DNA of 64,000 nt from Granulicella sp. (GTDB lineage Bacteria; Acidobacteriota; Terriglobia; Terriglobales; Acidobacteriaceae), in contig CBDDDO010000007.1 in assembly GCA_965226655.1 (NCBI GenBank), forward strand, positions 98,532 to 162,531, in the 5' to 3' direction. Positions 54,408-64,000 of this stretch are shown here, piece by piece (position 1 is the stretch's first letter; each line of letters starts with the position of its first letter). The translations under genes and the position numbers were made by a program. A model generated the notes under the pieces. It made no database searches and had not been told where the DNA came from. It worked only from the letters and a program-made list of their open reading frames with translations.

Positions 54408-54899
54408 ATGGCACTGAATCTCAGCAATCTGAAGGCGCCCAAGAAGGCGAATGAGAACAAGAAGCGCGTCGGCCGCGGTATGGGTTCGGGCATGGGTAAG
54501 ACTTCGACTCGCGGCCACAAGGGCCAGGGATCGCGTTCGGGCTCCAGCTTGATGCGCGGCTTCGAAGGCGGCCAGATGCCGCTGCATCGCCGGCTTCCGA
54601 AGCGCGGCTTTACGAATATCTTCCGCGTCGAGTACGCGGTGCTTGGGCTCGGCGACATCGCAGCGTTCAACGAGACCGAGCTGACGCTTGAGAAATTGCT
54701 TGCGCTGGGTGTGACGAAGAAGCGCAACGGTTTGGTGAAGGTGCTGGCGAACGGCGAGATCAAGACTGCCGTTACCGTACATGCGCACAAGTTTTCGAAG
54801 GCAGCGCAGAAGGCGATTGAAGATGCCGGCGGCAAGGCCATCGTTATCGGGACGGCCGCAGGCGCTATCGGCGCGACTGAAGAAGCTCCTGCAGCATAG
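54408..54899 (+). CDS. rplO: 50S ribosomal protein L15
   Basis: ATG 54408 with a GAGGA RBS. MALNLSNLKAP...RVGRGMGSGMGKTSTRGHKGQGSRSG. Confidence 0.96.
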   Translation: MALNLSNLKAPKKANENKKRVGRGMGSGMGKTSTRGHKGQGSRSGSSLMRGFEGGQMPLHRRLPKRGFTNIFRVEYAVLGLGDIAAFNETELTLEKLLALGVTKKRNGLVKVLANGEIKTAVTVHAHKFSKAAQKAIEDAGGKAIVIGTAAGAIGATEEAPAA

Positions 54900-54996
54900 A
54901 TATCAGGCCGGAGCAGATTGCTCCGGCCGCGCTGTATTCCGCCGCGGGTTCCGCGTAGAATCAAACCAAGAATCCTGCTGAAGGCACACTTTACCG

Positions 54997-56409
54997 ATGC
55001 TCGAGAAATTCCTCAACATCTTCCGCATTAAAGACTTGCGTACCCGCATTGCGTTCACGCTTGGGCTGCTGGCGGTCTATCGCCTTGGCGCACATATCCC
55101 TACCCCTGGCATCAACGCCGACTTGCTGGCACAGTTCTTCAATCAGAACTCCGGCGGTGCGCTTGGGCTGCTGGATCTGTTCAACGGCGGCAACCTGCGC
55201 AAGTTGACGATCTTTGCGCTCGGTATCATGCCCTACATTACGGCGTCGATCATCTTCCAACTGCTAACGGTGATTTATGAGCCGCTGGCGAAGCTGCAGA
55301 AGGAAGGCGAACTTGGCCGTCGCAAGATCACTCAGTGGACGCGCTATGTCACGGTGTTGCTGGCGATCGTGCAAAGCTTCTTCATCGGTCTTACCCTCAC
55401 GAATACTGCGACCGGCCAGTCGATGGTCACCATCAGCAAGGGAGCGTTCCTTCCCCTCTGCGTGATTACGCTGACCTGTGGCACGGCCTTTATCATGTGG
55501 CTGGGTGAGCAGATTACAGAGCGCGGTATCGGCAATGGTATGTCGCTGCTCATCTTCACTGGTATTGTTGTGGGCTTGCCGCGTGGCATCCAGGACCTTT
55601 ACCAGAAGGCAGCGACCAACGCCTGGGGCGGTTTTACTCCTGTTGCGATTGTGCTGCTGATCGGCATGATGGTTGCAGTGGTTGCGTTCATCATCTTTGT
55701 GGAACGCTCTGAGCGCCGCATTCCGATTCAGTCAGCGAAGCGTATGGTGGGCCGCAGCATTTCGCAGTCGGATAATAGCTTCCTTCCGTTGAAGGTGAAC
55801 TCTGGCGGTGTGATGCCGGTGATCTTCGCGGCTTCGATTCTTTCTGCGCCGCTGCTGCTGGCCAATGTGAGCTTGTTCAACTCCGGTCCGCTTCGCGACA
55901 ACAAATATATCGGACCTGTCTTCCGTGCGCTGGCGCCGGCAGAGCCTTGGTATGTGGTGCTTTATATCGCCGCTATCATCTTTTTTGCTTACTTCTATAT
56001 CTCGATCATCTTCCGTCCGGACGATATTGCCGACAACATGCGTAAGTATGGGAGCTTCATTCCTGGCATTCGTCCCGGCAAGCGTACTTCTGATTTCATC
56101 AACGACGTGTTGACCCGCATTACGCTCGTCGGCGCCATCTACCTGGTTGCGATCTCGATTATCCCGATGCTGTTGATAGGCGGTATTCGCTTCAACCACA
56201 TCATTTTGATCGGCCACTTCTTCGATGCCATGCCATCGTGGGTCACCAATGGTCTCGGTCTCAACTTCTACTTCGGTGGCACGTCGCTGCTGATCGTGGT
56301 CGGTGTGGCGATGGATACGGTGCAACAGGTCGAATCGCAGCTGATTATGCGTCACTACGAAGGCTTCGCACCAAAGTCGGGCCGGATTCGCGGTCGCAAG
56401 AGCTGGTAA
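54997..56409 (+). CDS. secY: Preprotein translocase subunit SecY
   Basis: 470 aa, 10 TM helices. GI.PYITASII.QLL, GEQITERGIGNGMSLLIF. Confidence 0.97.
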   Translation: MLEKFLNIFRIKDLRTRIAFTLGLLAVYRLGAHIPTPGINADLLAQFFNQNSGGALGLLDLFNGGNLRKLTIFALGIMPYITASIIFQLLTVIYEPLAKLQKEGELGRRKITQWTRYVTVLLAIVQSFFIGLTLTNTATGQSMVTISKGAFLPLCVITLTCGTAFIMWLGEQITERGIGNGMSLLIFTGIVVGLPRGIQDLYQKAATNAWGGFTPVAIVLLIGMMVAVVAFIIFVERSERRIPIQSAKRMVGRSISQSDNSFLPLKVNSGGVMPVIFAASILSAPLLLANVSLFNSGPLRDNKYIGPVFRALAPAEPWYVVLYIAAIIFFAYFYISIIFRPDDIADNMRKYGSFIPGIRPGKRTSDFINDVLTRITLVGAIYLVAISIIPMLLIGGIRFNHIILIGHFFDAMPSWVTNGLGLNFYFGGTSLLIVVGVAMDTVQQVESQLIMRHYEGFAPKSGRIRGRKSW

Positions 56410-56430
56410 AGTTTTCGTTTTCTGAATTCG

Positions 56431-56460
56431 GTGCCCACGTCCGAACCCGGGCGTGGGCAC
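56431..56460 (+). promoter_or_regulatory. Hairpin after secY (possible attenuator or weak terminator)
   Basis: 9-bp stem GTGCCCACG / CGTGGGCAC with a 12-nt loop, followed by TTGCTTG. Confidence 0.3.
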
Positions 56461-56503
56461 TTGCTTGAACGCTTTGTAACCGATGTACGTCTGATAGAAA
56501 TCT

Positions 56504-57211
56504 ATGTCCAAACCCCTGCCCAACGCGAGCGACTTTCTTCCCGGCCCAGTACTTCTGCTCGGTGCGCCCGGCGTGGGCAAAGGTACGCAGGCCAAGCGGC
56601 TGATGGATGAGTTCAGCATTCCGCAAATTTCTACCGGAGATCTGCTGCGCGAGCATCGCAAGAATCACACGCCGCTTGGGATGCTTGCGGATGAGCTCAT
56701 GAGCAAAGGGCAGCTCGTGCCGGATGATCTTGTGAACCAGATGGTTGCTGAACGGTTCAAGCAGCCTGATACTGAGCACGGATACATCCTCGACGGATTC
56801 CCGCGCACGTTAAACCAGGCAGAATGGCTCGATCAACAACTCGTGGCGTATATGCTTCCGGTGGTCGCGGTGAACATCGTTGTCGGCGAGCGCGAATTGT
56901 TGGAGCGCATCACGGGCCGTCTTAGCTGCCCGGTTTGCGGCACCATCTACAACATCTACTCGAAGCCGCCGAAGAACGATCGTCTCTGCGATCTCGAGGG
57001 TAATCCCCTGGAACAGCGTGCTGACGATACTGAAGCCGTTTTCCATGAGCGCATGAAGACGTTCCAGATCAAGACCGCTGAGGTCATCGAGTACTACCGG
57101 ACCCACGGCGCCCGTTTTGCTGAAGTCGATGGCAACCAGCCAGAAGACCAGGTTACACACAGCATACGGGTCGCTCTCTTGAAGCTTCGGCATCATCCGG
57201 AGGCGCAGTAA
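56504..57211 (+). CDS. adk: Adenylate kinase (long form with a Zn-type lid)
   Basis: LLGAPGVGKGTQA, ISTGDLLR, ILDGFPRT; the lid is CPVCGTIYN...C. Confidence 0.96.
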   Translation: MSKPLPNASDFLPGPVLLLGAPGVGKGTQAKRLMDEFSIPQISTGDLLREHRKNHTPLGMLADELMSKGQLVPDDLVNQMVAERFKQPDTEHGYILDGFPRTLNQAEWLDQQLVAYMLPVVAVNIVVGERELLERITGRLSCPVCGTIYNIYSKPPKNDRLCDLEGNPLEQRADDTEAVFHERMKTFQIKTAEVIEYYRTHGARFAEVDGNQPEDQVTHSIRVALLKLRHHPEAQ

Positions 57212-57221
57212 GGGTTCCGTT

Positions 57222-57971
57222 ATGGCTATCATGCTCAAGTCCGCCGCCGAAATAGAGAAGATGCGTGTCTCCGGCATTGCGTTACGCAAGGTACACGATG
57301 CCGTGAAGGCAGCTGTGCGTGTCGGTGCAACCACGATGGACCTTGAGCATGCAGCGGTGACAAAGATTGAAGAGCTTGGTGCGATCCCTGCCTTCAAGGG
57401 CTATCACGGCTACCCGGCGGTGCTTTGCACGTCGGTGAACAACGAGGTTATCCATGGCATTCCGCATGATCGCGGCGCGCTGCGTGAAGGCGATATCGTT
57501 TCGGTGGACTGCGGTGTGATCGTGGACGGTTATTATTCGGATTGCGCGGTGACGTACCCCGTGGGCAAGTTGAGTCCGGCTGTGGCGAAGTTGTTGAAGG
57601 TGACTGAGGCCTCGCTCTACGCGGCGATTGATAAAGCTGTTGTGGGTGGACGACTGTTCGATATCTCGAATGCTGTGCAGACGATGTGCGAGGCCGAAGG
57701 TTATGGTGTCGTGCGCGAGTTCGTTGGCCACGGCATTGGCAAGAGCATGCATGAAGATCCGCAGGTGCCGAACTTTGGCGATGCGGGTAAGGGCCCGAGA
57801 CTGAAGGCCGGCATGGTGCTCGCGATTGAGCCGATGATCAATGCCGGTTCGCCCGAGGTGAAAGTGCTGGAGGACGGATGGACCGCTATTACGGTCGACG
57901 GTAGCTTTAGCGCGCACTTCGAGCACACGGTGGCGATCACCAAAGATGGTCCCGTCATTCTTACGCGATAG
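57222..57971 (+). CDS. map: Type I methionine aminopeptidase
   Basis: 249 aa. GYHGYPAVLCTSVNNEVIHGIP, VSVDCGV..DGYYSD, GHGIG...HE.P.V, AIEPM, FEHTV. Confidence 0.96.
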   Translation: MAIMLKSAAEIEKMRVSGIALRKVHDAVKAAVRVGATTMDLEHAAVTKIEELGAIPAFKGYHGYPAVLCTSVNNEVIHGIPHDRGALREGDIVSVDCGVIVDGYYSDCAVTYPVGKLSPAVAKLLKVTEASLYAAIDKAVVGGRLFDISNAVQTMCEAEGYGVVREFVGHGIGKSMHEDPQVPNFGDAGKGPRLKAGMVLAIEPMINAGSPEVKVLEDGWTAITVDGSFSAHFEHTVAITKDGPVILTR

Positions 57972-57989
57972 CGCTTGCGCGAGGTGAAG

Positions 57990-58484
57990 ATGGAGATTCG
58001 AGACGCTGTTGAAGCTGATCTGGAACGCATCACCGAGATTTACAACGAAGTTCTGACGACCTCAACCGCTATTTTCAACGACCGACCTGCGACGCTTGAA
58101 GAAAGAGTCAGCTGGTGGAAAGGCCGTGTGGAACAGGGCTATCCCGTGCTGGTTGCGGTAGAGGATGGAACTGTTCTTGGTTTTGCTACGTTTGGGGACT
58201 TTCGGAGCTGGCCGGGGTATCGCTTCACGGTGGAAGGCACGATTCACATCCACTCGACGGCACGGCGTAAGGGTGTGGGGGCCGGTCTGCTACGTGCGTT
58301 GCTGGAGCGGGCCAGGGTTGCGGGAAAACATGTGATGATTGCGGGTGTCGACGCGTTGAATACAGCCTCCTTGAATTTTCTGGAAGGCCACGGCTTCGAA
58401 CGCGCGGGACACCTGCATGAAGTGGGTTATAAGTTCGACCGATTTCTTGATTTAATCTTTCTCGAGTATCGGCTTACGCGCTGA
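57990..58484 (+). CDS. GNAT-family N-acetyltransferase (phosphinothricin/MnaT-like)
   Basis: ATG 57990 with a GAGGTG RBS. MEIRDAVEADLERITEIYNEVL.TSTAIF...VH..ARRKGVGAGLL..L...A...G.HVMIAG. Confidence 0.85.
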   Translation: MEIRDAVEADLERITEIYNEVLTTSTAIFNDRPATLEERVSWWKGRVEQGYPVLVAVEDGTVLGFATFGDFRSWPGYRFTVEGTIHIHSTARRKGVGAGLLRALLERARVAGKHVMIAGVDALNTASLNFLEGHGFERAGHLHEVGYKFDRFLDLIFLEYRLTR

Positions 58485-59448
58485 GGTGCTCCTTGAGGAA
58501 TGCCCCGATCTCGTCGAACTCCGCTTCGGTGAGCCGGAATGTTGCGGCTGGGAGGACTTCTTCAACCTGCTTGGCACTGCGTCCGCCGACGATGGCAGCA
58601 GTGATTGCGGGGTGATGAAGCGTCCACGCAGTGGCCACGACACCGGCGATGACTCCGTGCCGCTTGCCGATCTTCTTGAGAAGCTCAGCCAGTTCAAGGT
58701 TGCGGGAGAGTAAAGGCTCCTGGTACTGCTTTGCTTTCTTGCGGAAGTCGTTATCCGGCATGGCCGCAACGCGCTCTTTGCTCATCGAGCCGGTGAGCAT
58801 GCCGGAGTGCATGGGCGCGTAGTTGATCACGCCGATGCCGTGCTTCTGGCAGAAGGGAAGAATTTCGGGTTCGATGGAGCGGTTGATCATCGAGTAGGGC
58901 GGCTGCAGGGAAGTGATTGGCGCAATCTTCAAAGCGCGTTCCATCTGCGAGACACTGAAGTTGGAGGCGCCAATCCAGCGCACCTTTCCTTCGCGTTGCA
59001 GGTCGGCCATCGTGCCCCAGCCTTCCTCGAGCTCTTCATCCGGTACAGGCCAGTGGACTTGGTAGAGGTTGATCGCGTCGATGCCGAGGCGATGTAGGCT
59101 GCCTTCGACTTCCTGGCGGATTTTTTTGAGGGTCTGCACGATCTTGCGATCTTCGCCCCAGGTCATCGCACTCTTGGTGAAGACGTATGGCTTGCTGCTG
59201 CTGGTTTTTAGTGCCTTGCCGACGATCTCTTCCGAATGTCCGAGGCCGTAGACGGCGGCTGTATCGATCCAGTTGATGCCGGCATCGAGAGCCGCATGAA
59301 TGGCCTCGATCGAATCCTGATCGTCCTGTGGTCCCCAGGCGTACTGCCAGTCGCCGCCGCCGATCGCCCAGGCACCGAAGCCGATGGAAGTGAGTTCCAT
59401 ATCTGAGTTGCCGAGTTGCTTAGTAGTGCCGAGTGTCACGTTGCTCAT
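58474..59448 (-). CDS. Aldo/keto reductase
   Basis: 324 aa. GFGAWAIGG, IDTAAVYGLGHSEEIVGKAL, LYQVHWP, IGASNF. Convergent with the GNAT gene, overlapping it by 11 nt. Confidence 0.92.
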   Translation of the reverse strand: MSNVTLGTTKQLGNSDMELTSIGFGAWAIGGGDWQYAWGPQDDQDSIEAIHAALDAGINWIDTAAVYGLGHSEEIVGKALKTSSSKPYVFTKSAMTWGEDRKIVQTLKKIRQEVEGSLHRLGIDAINLYQVHWPVPDEELEEGWGTMADLQREGKVRWIGASNFSVSQMERALKIAPITSLQPPYSMINRSIEPEILPFCQKHGIGVINYAPMHSGMLTGSMSKERVAAMPDNDFRKKAKQYQEPLLSRNLELAELLKKIGKRHGVIAGVVATAWTLHHPAITAAIVGGRSAKQVEEVLPAATFRLTEAEFDEIGAFLKEHLSA

Positions 59449-59485
59449 ATTGCGTTAGATGTTTTCCTTCTCTTTACAGTTTCAG

Positions 59486-61333
59486 CTAGAGGCGACAGAT
59501 CAGCAGTTCGCGCTCGTAGATCATTTCGGGGGGTAGATGATCGTGCAACATGAGCAATAGTTCTTCGTGGCTCATGACTTCCTGCCGCCATGCAGCGCGA
59601 TCCACCTTCTGCAATTCGTCGAACTTCGTGCGTGGCATATCGAGGCCGGTCCAGTTCATGTCCTCGTAATGCGGTGTCCAGCCGATAGGAGTCTCCTTGC
59701 CCTGCGCGCGGCCTCGCACGCGGTCGACGACCCACTTCAGCACGCGCATGTTTTCGCTGAAGCCGGGCCAAAGGAACTTGCCATTCTCGTCTTTGCGAAA
59801 CCAGTTCACATGGAAGACACGCGGCGTTGTCGTCAGCTCGCGTTGCATGCGGAGCCAATGACGGAAGTAGTCGCCCATGTGATATCCGCAGAATGGAAGC
59901 ATTGCCATCGGGTCACGGCGTACCTTGCCGAGCGCTCCGCCTGCGGCGGCGGTTGTTTCCGAACCCATGGTGGCGCCAACGTAGACGCCGCTCGACCAGT
60001 TGAAGGCCTGGAAGACTAAAGGCATTGTCGTCGCGCGCCGGCCGCCAAAGAGGAAGGCGGAGATAGGGACGCCATCGGGTGACTCCCATGCGGCGAGATC
60101 AATGGATGGGCATTGCACAGCGGGTGCAGTGAAGCGGCCGTTGGGGTGTGCAGCAGGCTTGCCGGTGGCGGCGGCGATCTCCGGTGTCCAGCGCTCGCCG
60201 CGCCAGTCCAGGCACTCTGCGGGCGGCTCGTCGGTCATGCCTTCCCACCAGACACCGCCCTCGGGTGTGAGGGCTACGTTGGTGAAGATGGTGTTCTTCG
60301 CGAGCGTCGCCATCGCATTGGGGTTGGTCTTGGCGCTTGTGCCGGGAGCCACGCCAAAGAAGCCGGCCTCGGGGTTGATGGCGCGGAGTTGGCCGGTCGC
60401 ATCCGGCTTGATCCAGGCAATGTCATCGCCGACGGTCCACACACGCCAGCCGTCAAAGCCTTCGGGTGGAATCATCATCGCGAAGTTTGTTTTGCCGCAG
60501 GCGGAAGGAAACGCCGCGGCCACGTAGGTCTTTTCGCCTTGCGGCGATTCAACGCCAAGGATGAGCATATGCTCGGCCATCCAGCCTTCATCGCGGGCGA
60601 TGTTGGAGGCAATGCGGAGGGCGAAGCACTTTTTGCCGAGTAGCGCATTGCCGCCGTAGCCTGAGCCGTAGCTCCATATTTCGCGCGTCTCCGGAAAATG
60701 CACGATGTACTTGGTATCGTTCTGCGGCCAGGGAACGTCCTGTTGTCCAGGCGCAAGCGGTGCGCCCACTGAGTGCATGCAGGGGACGACGCGCTTGAGG
60801 TCCTTGTCGATTTCGGCGAATACTGGTGCGCCGATCCGCGCCATGATGCGCATGTTCACTACGGCGTAAGCGGAGTCGGTGAGCTGGACGCCGATTTGGG
60901 ACATCGGCGAACCGATGGGACCCATTGAGTATGGCAGGACGTACATGGTGCGTCCGCGCATTGATCCCTTGAACAGGGCCTTGAGTTTTTTTCGCATGAC
61001 AAATGGATCTTCCCAGTTGTTTGTGGGGCCAGCGTTGTCTTTGGAAAGCGAACAAATGAAGGTGCGGTCTTCCACTCTCGCAACATCATTCGGGGAGGAG
61101 CGTGCGTAGTAGCAGCCGGGCCAAAGCGTTTCGTTCAGCTTCGTAAAAGTGCCCGCATCCACCAGTTGCTGGCATAGGTACTGATTTTCGGCATCGGAGC
61201 CGTCGATCCAGTGAATAGCGGCTGGCTGTGTCAGTTCGGACATCTTCTCTACCCAGCGGATCAGGTGCTTGTTGGTCGTCAGAACCCGGGTTGAGGTGGG
61301 TTCCGCTCCTGCGATCTTCGTTGCCGATGCCAT
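59486..61333 (-). CDS. pckG: Phosphoenolpyruvate carboxykinase (GTP)
   Basis: 615 aa. [46 protein letters not shown]. Confidence 0.96.
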   Translation of the reverse strand: MASATKIAGAEPTSTRVLTTNKHLIRWVEKMSELTQPAAIHWIDGSDAENQYLCQQLVDAGTFTKLNETLWPGCYYARSSPNDVARVEDRTFICSLSKDNAGPTNNWEDPFVMRKKLKALFKGSMRGRTMYVLPYSMGPIGSPMSQIGVQLTDSAYAVVNMRIMARIGAPVFAEIDKDLKRVVPCMHSVGAPLAPGQQDVPWPQNDTKYIVHFPETREIWSYGSGYGGNALLGKKCFALRIASNIARDEGWMAEHMLILGVESPQGEKTYVAAAFPSACGKTNFAMMIPPEGFDGWRVWTVGDDIAWIKPDATGQLRAINPEAGFFGVAPGTSAKTNPNAMATLAKNTIFTNVALTPEGGVWWEGMTDEPPAECLDWRGERWTPEIAAATGKPAAHPNGRFTAPAVQCPSIDLAAWESPDGVPISAFLFGGRRATTMPLVFQAFNWSSGVYVGATMGSETTAAAGGALGKVRRDPMAMLPFCGYHMGDYFRHWLRMQRELTTTPRVFHVNWFRKDENGKFLWPGFSENMRVLKWVVDRVRGRAQGKETPIGWTPHYEDMNWTGLDMPRTKFDELQKVDRAAWRQEVMSHEELLLMLHDHLPPEMIYERELLICRL

Positions 61334-61606
61334 GCTGCGCCTCCAGATCGACGGCGCAGCTCTTTGGAACGCCGCCTCGACCTTCCCATAATGCTAGTCC
61401 TCTGCGGTGAGAGCGCGGCCAGAAAAGGAGCAAAAATCGGCCGTTTAGGGCGGTTATCGCATTTTCAAACGTCCATCACTGTTTGTTTCTCTGAGGTTTA
61501 TTTGGGAATCGTAAACTCCATCCGAACTGCTGGGTTGTCCAAACGAGACCGATGGAGGTCGGGCAGCATCGTATCTTTTGTAGCTACCACTCAAGGAGGA
61601 CTTTCG

Positions 61607-62968
61607 ATGGCAGTGCCGAGCACAGGCAAGAGGCCCAGGGTTGTCGTGGTTGGGGCAGGCTTTGGTGGAATCCACGCCGCGATGGGTCTCGCGAAGCTGC
61701 CGGTGGATGTGACTGTTGTGGACAAGAAGAATCATCACACCTTTCAACCGCTGCTCTATCAGGTGGCGCTTGCGGTGCTGTCCCCGGGCGATATCGCTCA
61801 ACCCATTCGCAGCATGCTGCGCAATGATGAGAACACGGAAGTCATCATGGACGAGGTTGTCGCGTTCGATACGGTCGCTCATCGTGTAGACCTGAAAAGC
61901 GGCGCGGAGTTGATGTACGACTTCCTGATCGTTGCCACGGGTTCAACGCACAGCTACTTCGGCAAAGAGGAATGGGCCAAGATAGCGCCGGGATTGAAGA
62001 CGCTTGAAGATGCAACCGAGATCCGTCGCCGCGTGCTGCTGGCGTTCGAACTGGCTGAGCGGCAGAAGCTTGAGACCGGAACGCACCCTCCGTTGAACTT
62101 TGTGATCGTAGGCGGCGGACCGACCGGCGTTGAGTTGGCAGGCGCTATCTCCGACATTGCGAAGCTTTATATGACGCGCGACTTCCGGCATATCGACCCT
62201 GGTTCCGCGCAGGTCCTCATTCTTGAAGGTTCGCCGCACATCCTTGGCATGTATCCGCCCGATCTGCAGTTGAAGGCCGTGGAGCAGCTCAATGCGCTTG
62301 GCGTAACGACGCGCACCAATGCGCATGTGAGCGACATCCAACCTGGCTATGTGATGGTGGGGGAGGAGCGCATCGAAAGTGTCTGCACTCTTTGGGCTGC
62401 GGGCGTTCAGGCATCACCGCTTGGGAAGATGCTGGGAGTGGAGACGGATAGGCGTGGCAGCGTGCTGGTCGACGATCATCTACATCCAACGGGACATCCT
62501 GAGATTTTCGTTCTTGGCGATCTGGCGCACTTTGAGCAGGATGGCAAGCAAGTTCCTGGCGTTGCGCAGCCTGCCATGCAGATGGGAGATTATGCGGCCA
62601 AACGAATTGGTCTGTTGCTCGAAGGCAAAGGCGATAAGCAGAAGCCGTTCCGGTACTTCGACAAGGGCGACATGGCGACGATCGGTCGTAAGGCCGCTGT
62701 GGCGCGAATCGCCTGGCCTTTCCATGCGCATTGGAGCGGCTTTATGGCGTGGCTCACCTGGCTGGTGGTCCACATCTTCTTCCTGATCGGCTTTCGCAAT
62801 CGCTGGGGAGTGTTTCGCCAATGGGCTTACACCTATCTGCGCTTTCAGGATGGCGTTCGCTTGATTGTCGGTTCGCAGGATCTGCCGGGGTGGGGACAGC
62901 TTGCGCCGAATGACGCTCCTGAACGGAATTCGCCGGAAAGTCCGCTTAAGGAAGAGGTCGCGCCCTAG
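61607..62968 (+). CDS. ndh: Type II NADH dehydrogenase (NDH-2) / FAD-dependent pyridine nucleotide-disulfide oxidoreductase
   Basis: ATG 61607 preceded by AAGGAGGA. RVVVVGAGFGGI, HTFQPLLYQVA, VIVGGGPTGVELAG, GDLA. C-terminal membrane-anchoring helices. Confidence 0.9.
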   Translation: MAVPSTGKRPRVVVVGAGFGGIHAAMGLAKLPVDVTVVDKKNHHTFQPLLYQVALAVLSPGDIAQPIRSMLRNDENTEVIMDEVVAFDTVAHRVDLKSGAELMYDFLIVATGSTHSYFGKEEWAKIAPGLKTLEDATEIRRRVLLAFELAERQKLETGTHPPLNFVIVGGGPTGVELAGAISDIAKLYMTRDFRHIDPGSAQVLILEGSPHILGMYPPDLQLKAVEQLNALGVTTRTNAHVSDIQPGYVMVGEERIESVCTLWAAGVQASPLGKMLGVETDRRGSVLVDDHLHPTGHPEIFVLGDLAHFEQDGKQVPGVAQPAMQMGDYAAKRIGLLLEGKGDKQKPFRYFDKGDMATIGRKAAVARIAWPFHAHWSGFMAWLTWLVVHIFFLIGFRNRWGVFRQWAYTYLRFQDGVRLIVGSQDLPGWGQLAPNDAPERNSPESPLKEEVAP

Positions 62969-63008
62969 CCTAGACCTCATCAGGTGTTCGCGGCACAAGC
63001 AAGGGCTG

Positions 63009-64000
63009 TTACTCCGCGGGCGTCCCTTGAGCCGGCTCATGCTCCACAAAGTTCACGGCATAGAGCAATTGCGGGCGCTTGCTATCGACTGCGTTGTGCG
63101 TATTGCGGGCGGCGGCTGCGTAGTACAGGGCCTCTGCCTTCTTATCGCCGGCAGCTTCAGCGGCTTGTCCCGCGCTCAACAAGCCATTGAGACGATTGGG
63201 GCTAAGCGTTAGCGCGACTTTGTACTCCGCCAGCGCATCTTTCGGACGATGCAGCGCCATCAACAGATCGCCGAGCATCTCGCGTGCGGGAATATCAACC
63301 TCGTTCTGGCCGAGCTTGTCCTGCTGATCGGCGGCTTTGCGGAGCAGATCAATGGCCTCGTCCGGCTTGTCTTCCGCATAAGCTGCCCATCCCGCAATCT
63401 CATTGCGGCCGACCATCGAACCCGGTACGCGATACGCCTGGGGTCCGTTGCGGAGCTTGTCGATCTCCGCGTCGATGACAGCAAGAGACATCTTAGCTAC
63501 CTTTGCATTGTGCAGATGTCCGGCGGCGATCCCGTTGGCCCAGGTGATGTCGACCGTTGCGCTGTGTGGAGATTTGGCTTCCGGCTTCAACTTTTCCGCC
63601 GCTTTCCAGTCATGCATCTCGAGTAGATAGATTGCGTTCATCTCATTCGCAAACCATGGCCCAGAGCCTTTCATATCGTCCATGCCAGGCATCGAATCCA
63701 CATGCTGGCCAATGGCCTGCATCTTCGAGGTGAGAGTCCGCGCCTTCTCGTCCTCGCCCACCTGCAGGTAGGCATAGATCAGGAACTCATCCGCATGCAT
63801 CTGGTGCGCGACGCCAGGCTGCCCGGTAGCTTCTGCCCTTTCCGAGGCCGCAACTGAGGCCAGGTTCGATTGGATGTCCTCTGGCCACATGCCTAGCCTG
63901 GCGAAGATGTGGCCGGGCATGTGCAGCGCGTGCGGAGATGAAGGCGCAATTGCTGCGTACACCTTCGCTGCTTCTAGCCCCTGCGCCGCCAGCGACGGCG
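63009..64000 (-). CDS. TPR-like repeat protein, partial (N-terminus beyond the right edge)
   Basis: The frame stays open from 63009 to base 64000 (own check upstream of the GTG at 63962). Helical repeat sequence (ALAEYKVALTLSPNRLNGLLSAGQAAEAAGDKKAEALYY). Confidence 0.7.
   Translation of the reverse strand, partial: PSLAAQGLEAAKVYAAIAPSSPHALHMPGHIFARLGMWPEDIQSNLASVAASERAEATGQPGVAHQMHADEFLIYAYLQVGEDEKARTLTSKMQAIGQHVDSMPGMDDMKGSGPWFANEMNAIYLLEMHDWKAAEKLKPEAKSPHSATVDITWANGIAAGHLHNAKVAKMSLAVIDAEIDKLRNGPQAYRVPGSMVGRNEIAGWAAYAEDKPDEAIDLLRKAADQQDKLGQNEVDIPAREMLGDLLMALHRPKDALAEYKVALTLSPNRLNGLLSAGQAAEAAGDKKAEALYYAAAARNTHNAVDSKRPQLLYAVNFVEHEPAQGTPAE

Overview
High-GC chromosomal segment. From the intergenic repeat families and gene order it is probably an Acidobacteriota genome (Terriglobia/Acidobacteriaceae type), but that is inference and no search was run.

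Layout, left to right:
- (1) 1-6239: exopolysaccharide-type locus with two tandem sugar transferases, a STAS protein, a GT4, a membrane GT2 and a large polytopic membrane protein.
- (2) 6331-10962: signalling block. It holds a HisKA-REC-class III nucleotide cyclase protein, a HigBA-like toxin-antitoxin (TA) pair, a CheY-like REC and a REC-HisKA-HATPase-REC hybrid kinase.
- (3) rluA, then a visibly low-GC islet with a solitary 556-aa P-loop NTPase (12366-14036).
- (4) 14231-21926: a translationally coupled MCP-CheW-CheR-CheW-CheA::REC-CheB operon in Wsp gene order, but with no WspR-like output gene.
- (5) 22357-27063: an accessory stretch with BrnT/antitoxin, a 3-TM DUF5706-like protein, an MBL-fold hydrolase, a solute:sodium symporter and an XRE-cupin regulator. 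I count at least 8 single-base frameshifts here and none elsewhere.
- (6) Housekeeping genes: crotonase, ribH with a long N-terminal extension, nusB, a 1000-aa repeat-bearing lipoprotein, an S9 peptidase and a GNAT.
- (7) 38692-57971: the str/S10/spc ribosomal cluster from rpsL to map. It is intact but has unusually long spacers filled with repeats.
- (8) GNAT, aldo/keto reductase, pckG, ndh and a partial TPR protein.

No rRNA, tRNA, CRISPR array, integrase or transposase was recognised.

Most interesting candidates:
- the output-less Wsp-like system together with the HisKA-REC-cyclase phosphorelay next to the EPS locus;
- the low-GC solitary NTPase;
- the MBL + DUF5706-like membrane protein pair;
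- the localised frameshift cluster;
- several dispersed structured repeat families, including a G-tract, TAG-dense CAGGGAATAGGGA family inside the ribosomal operon.
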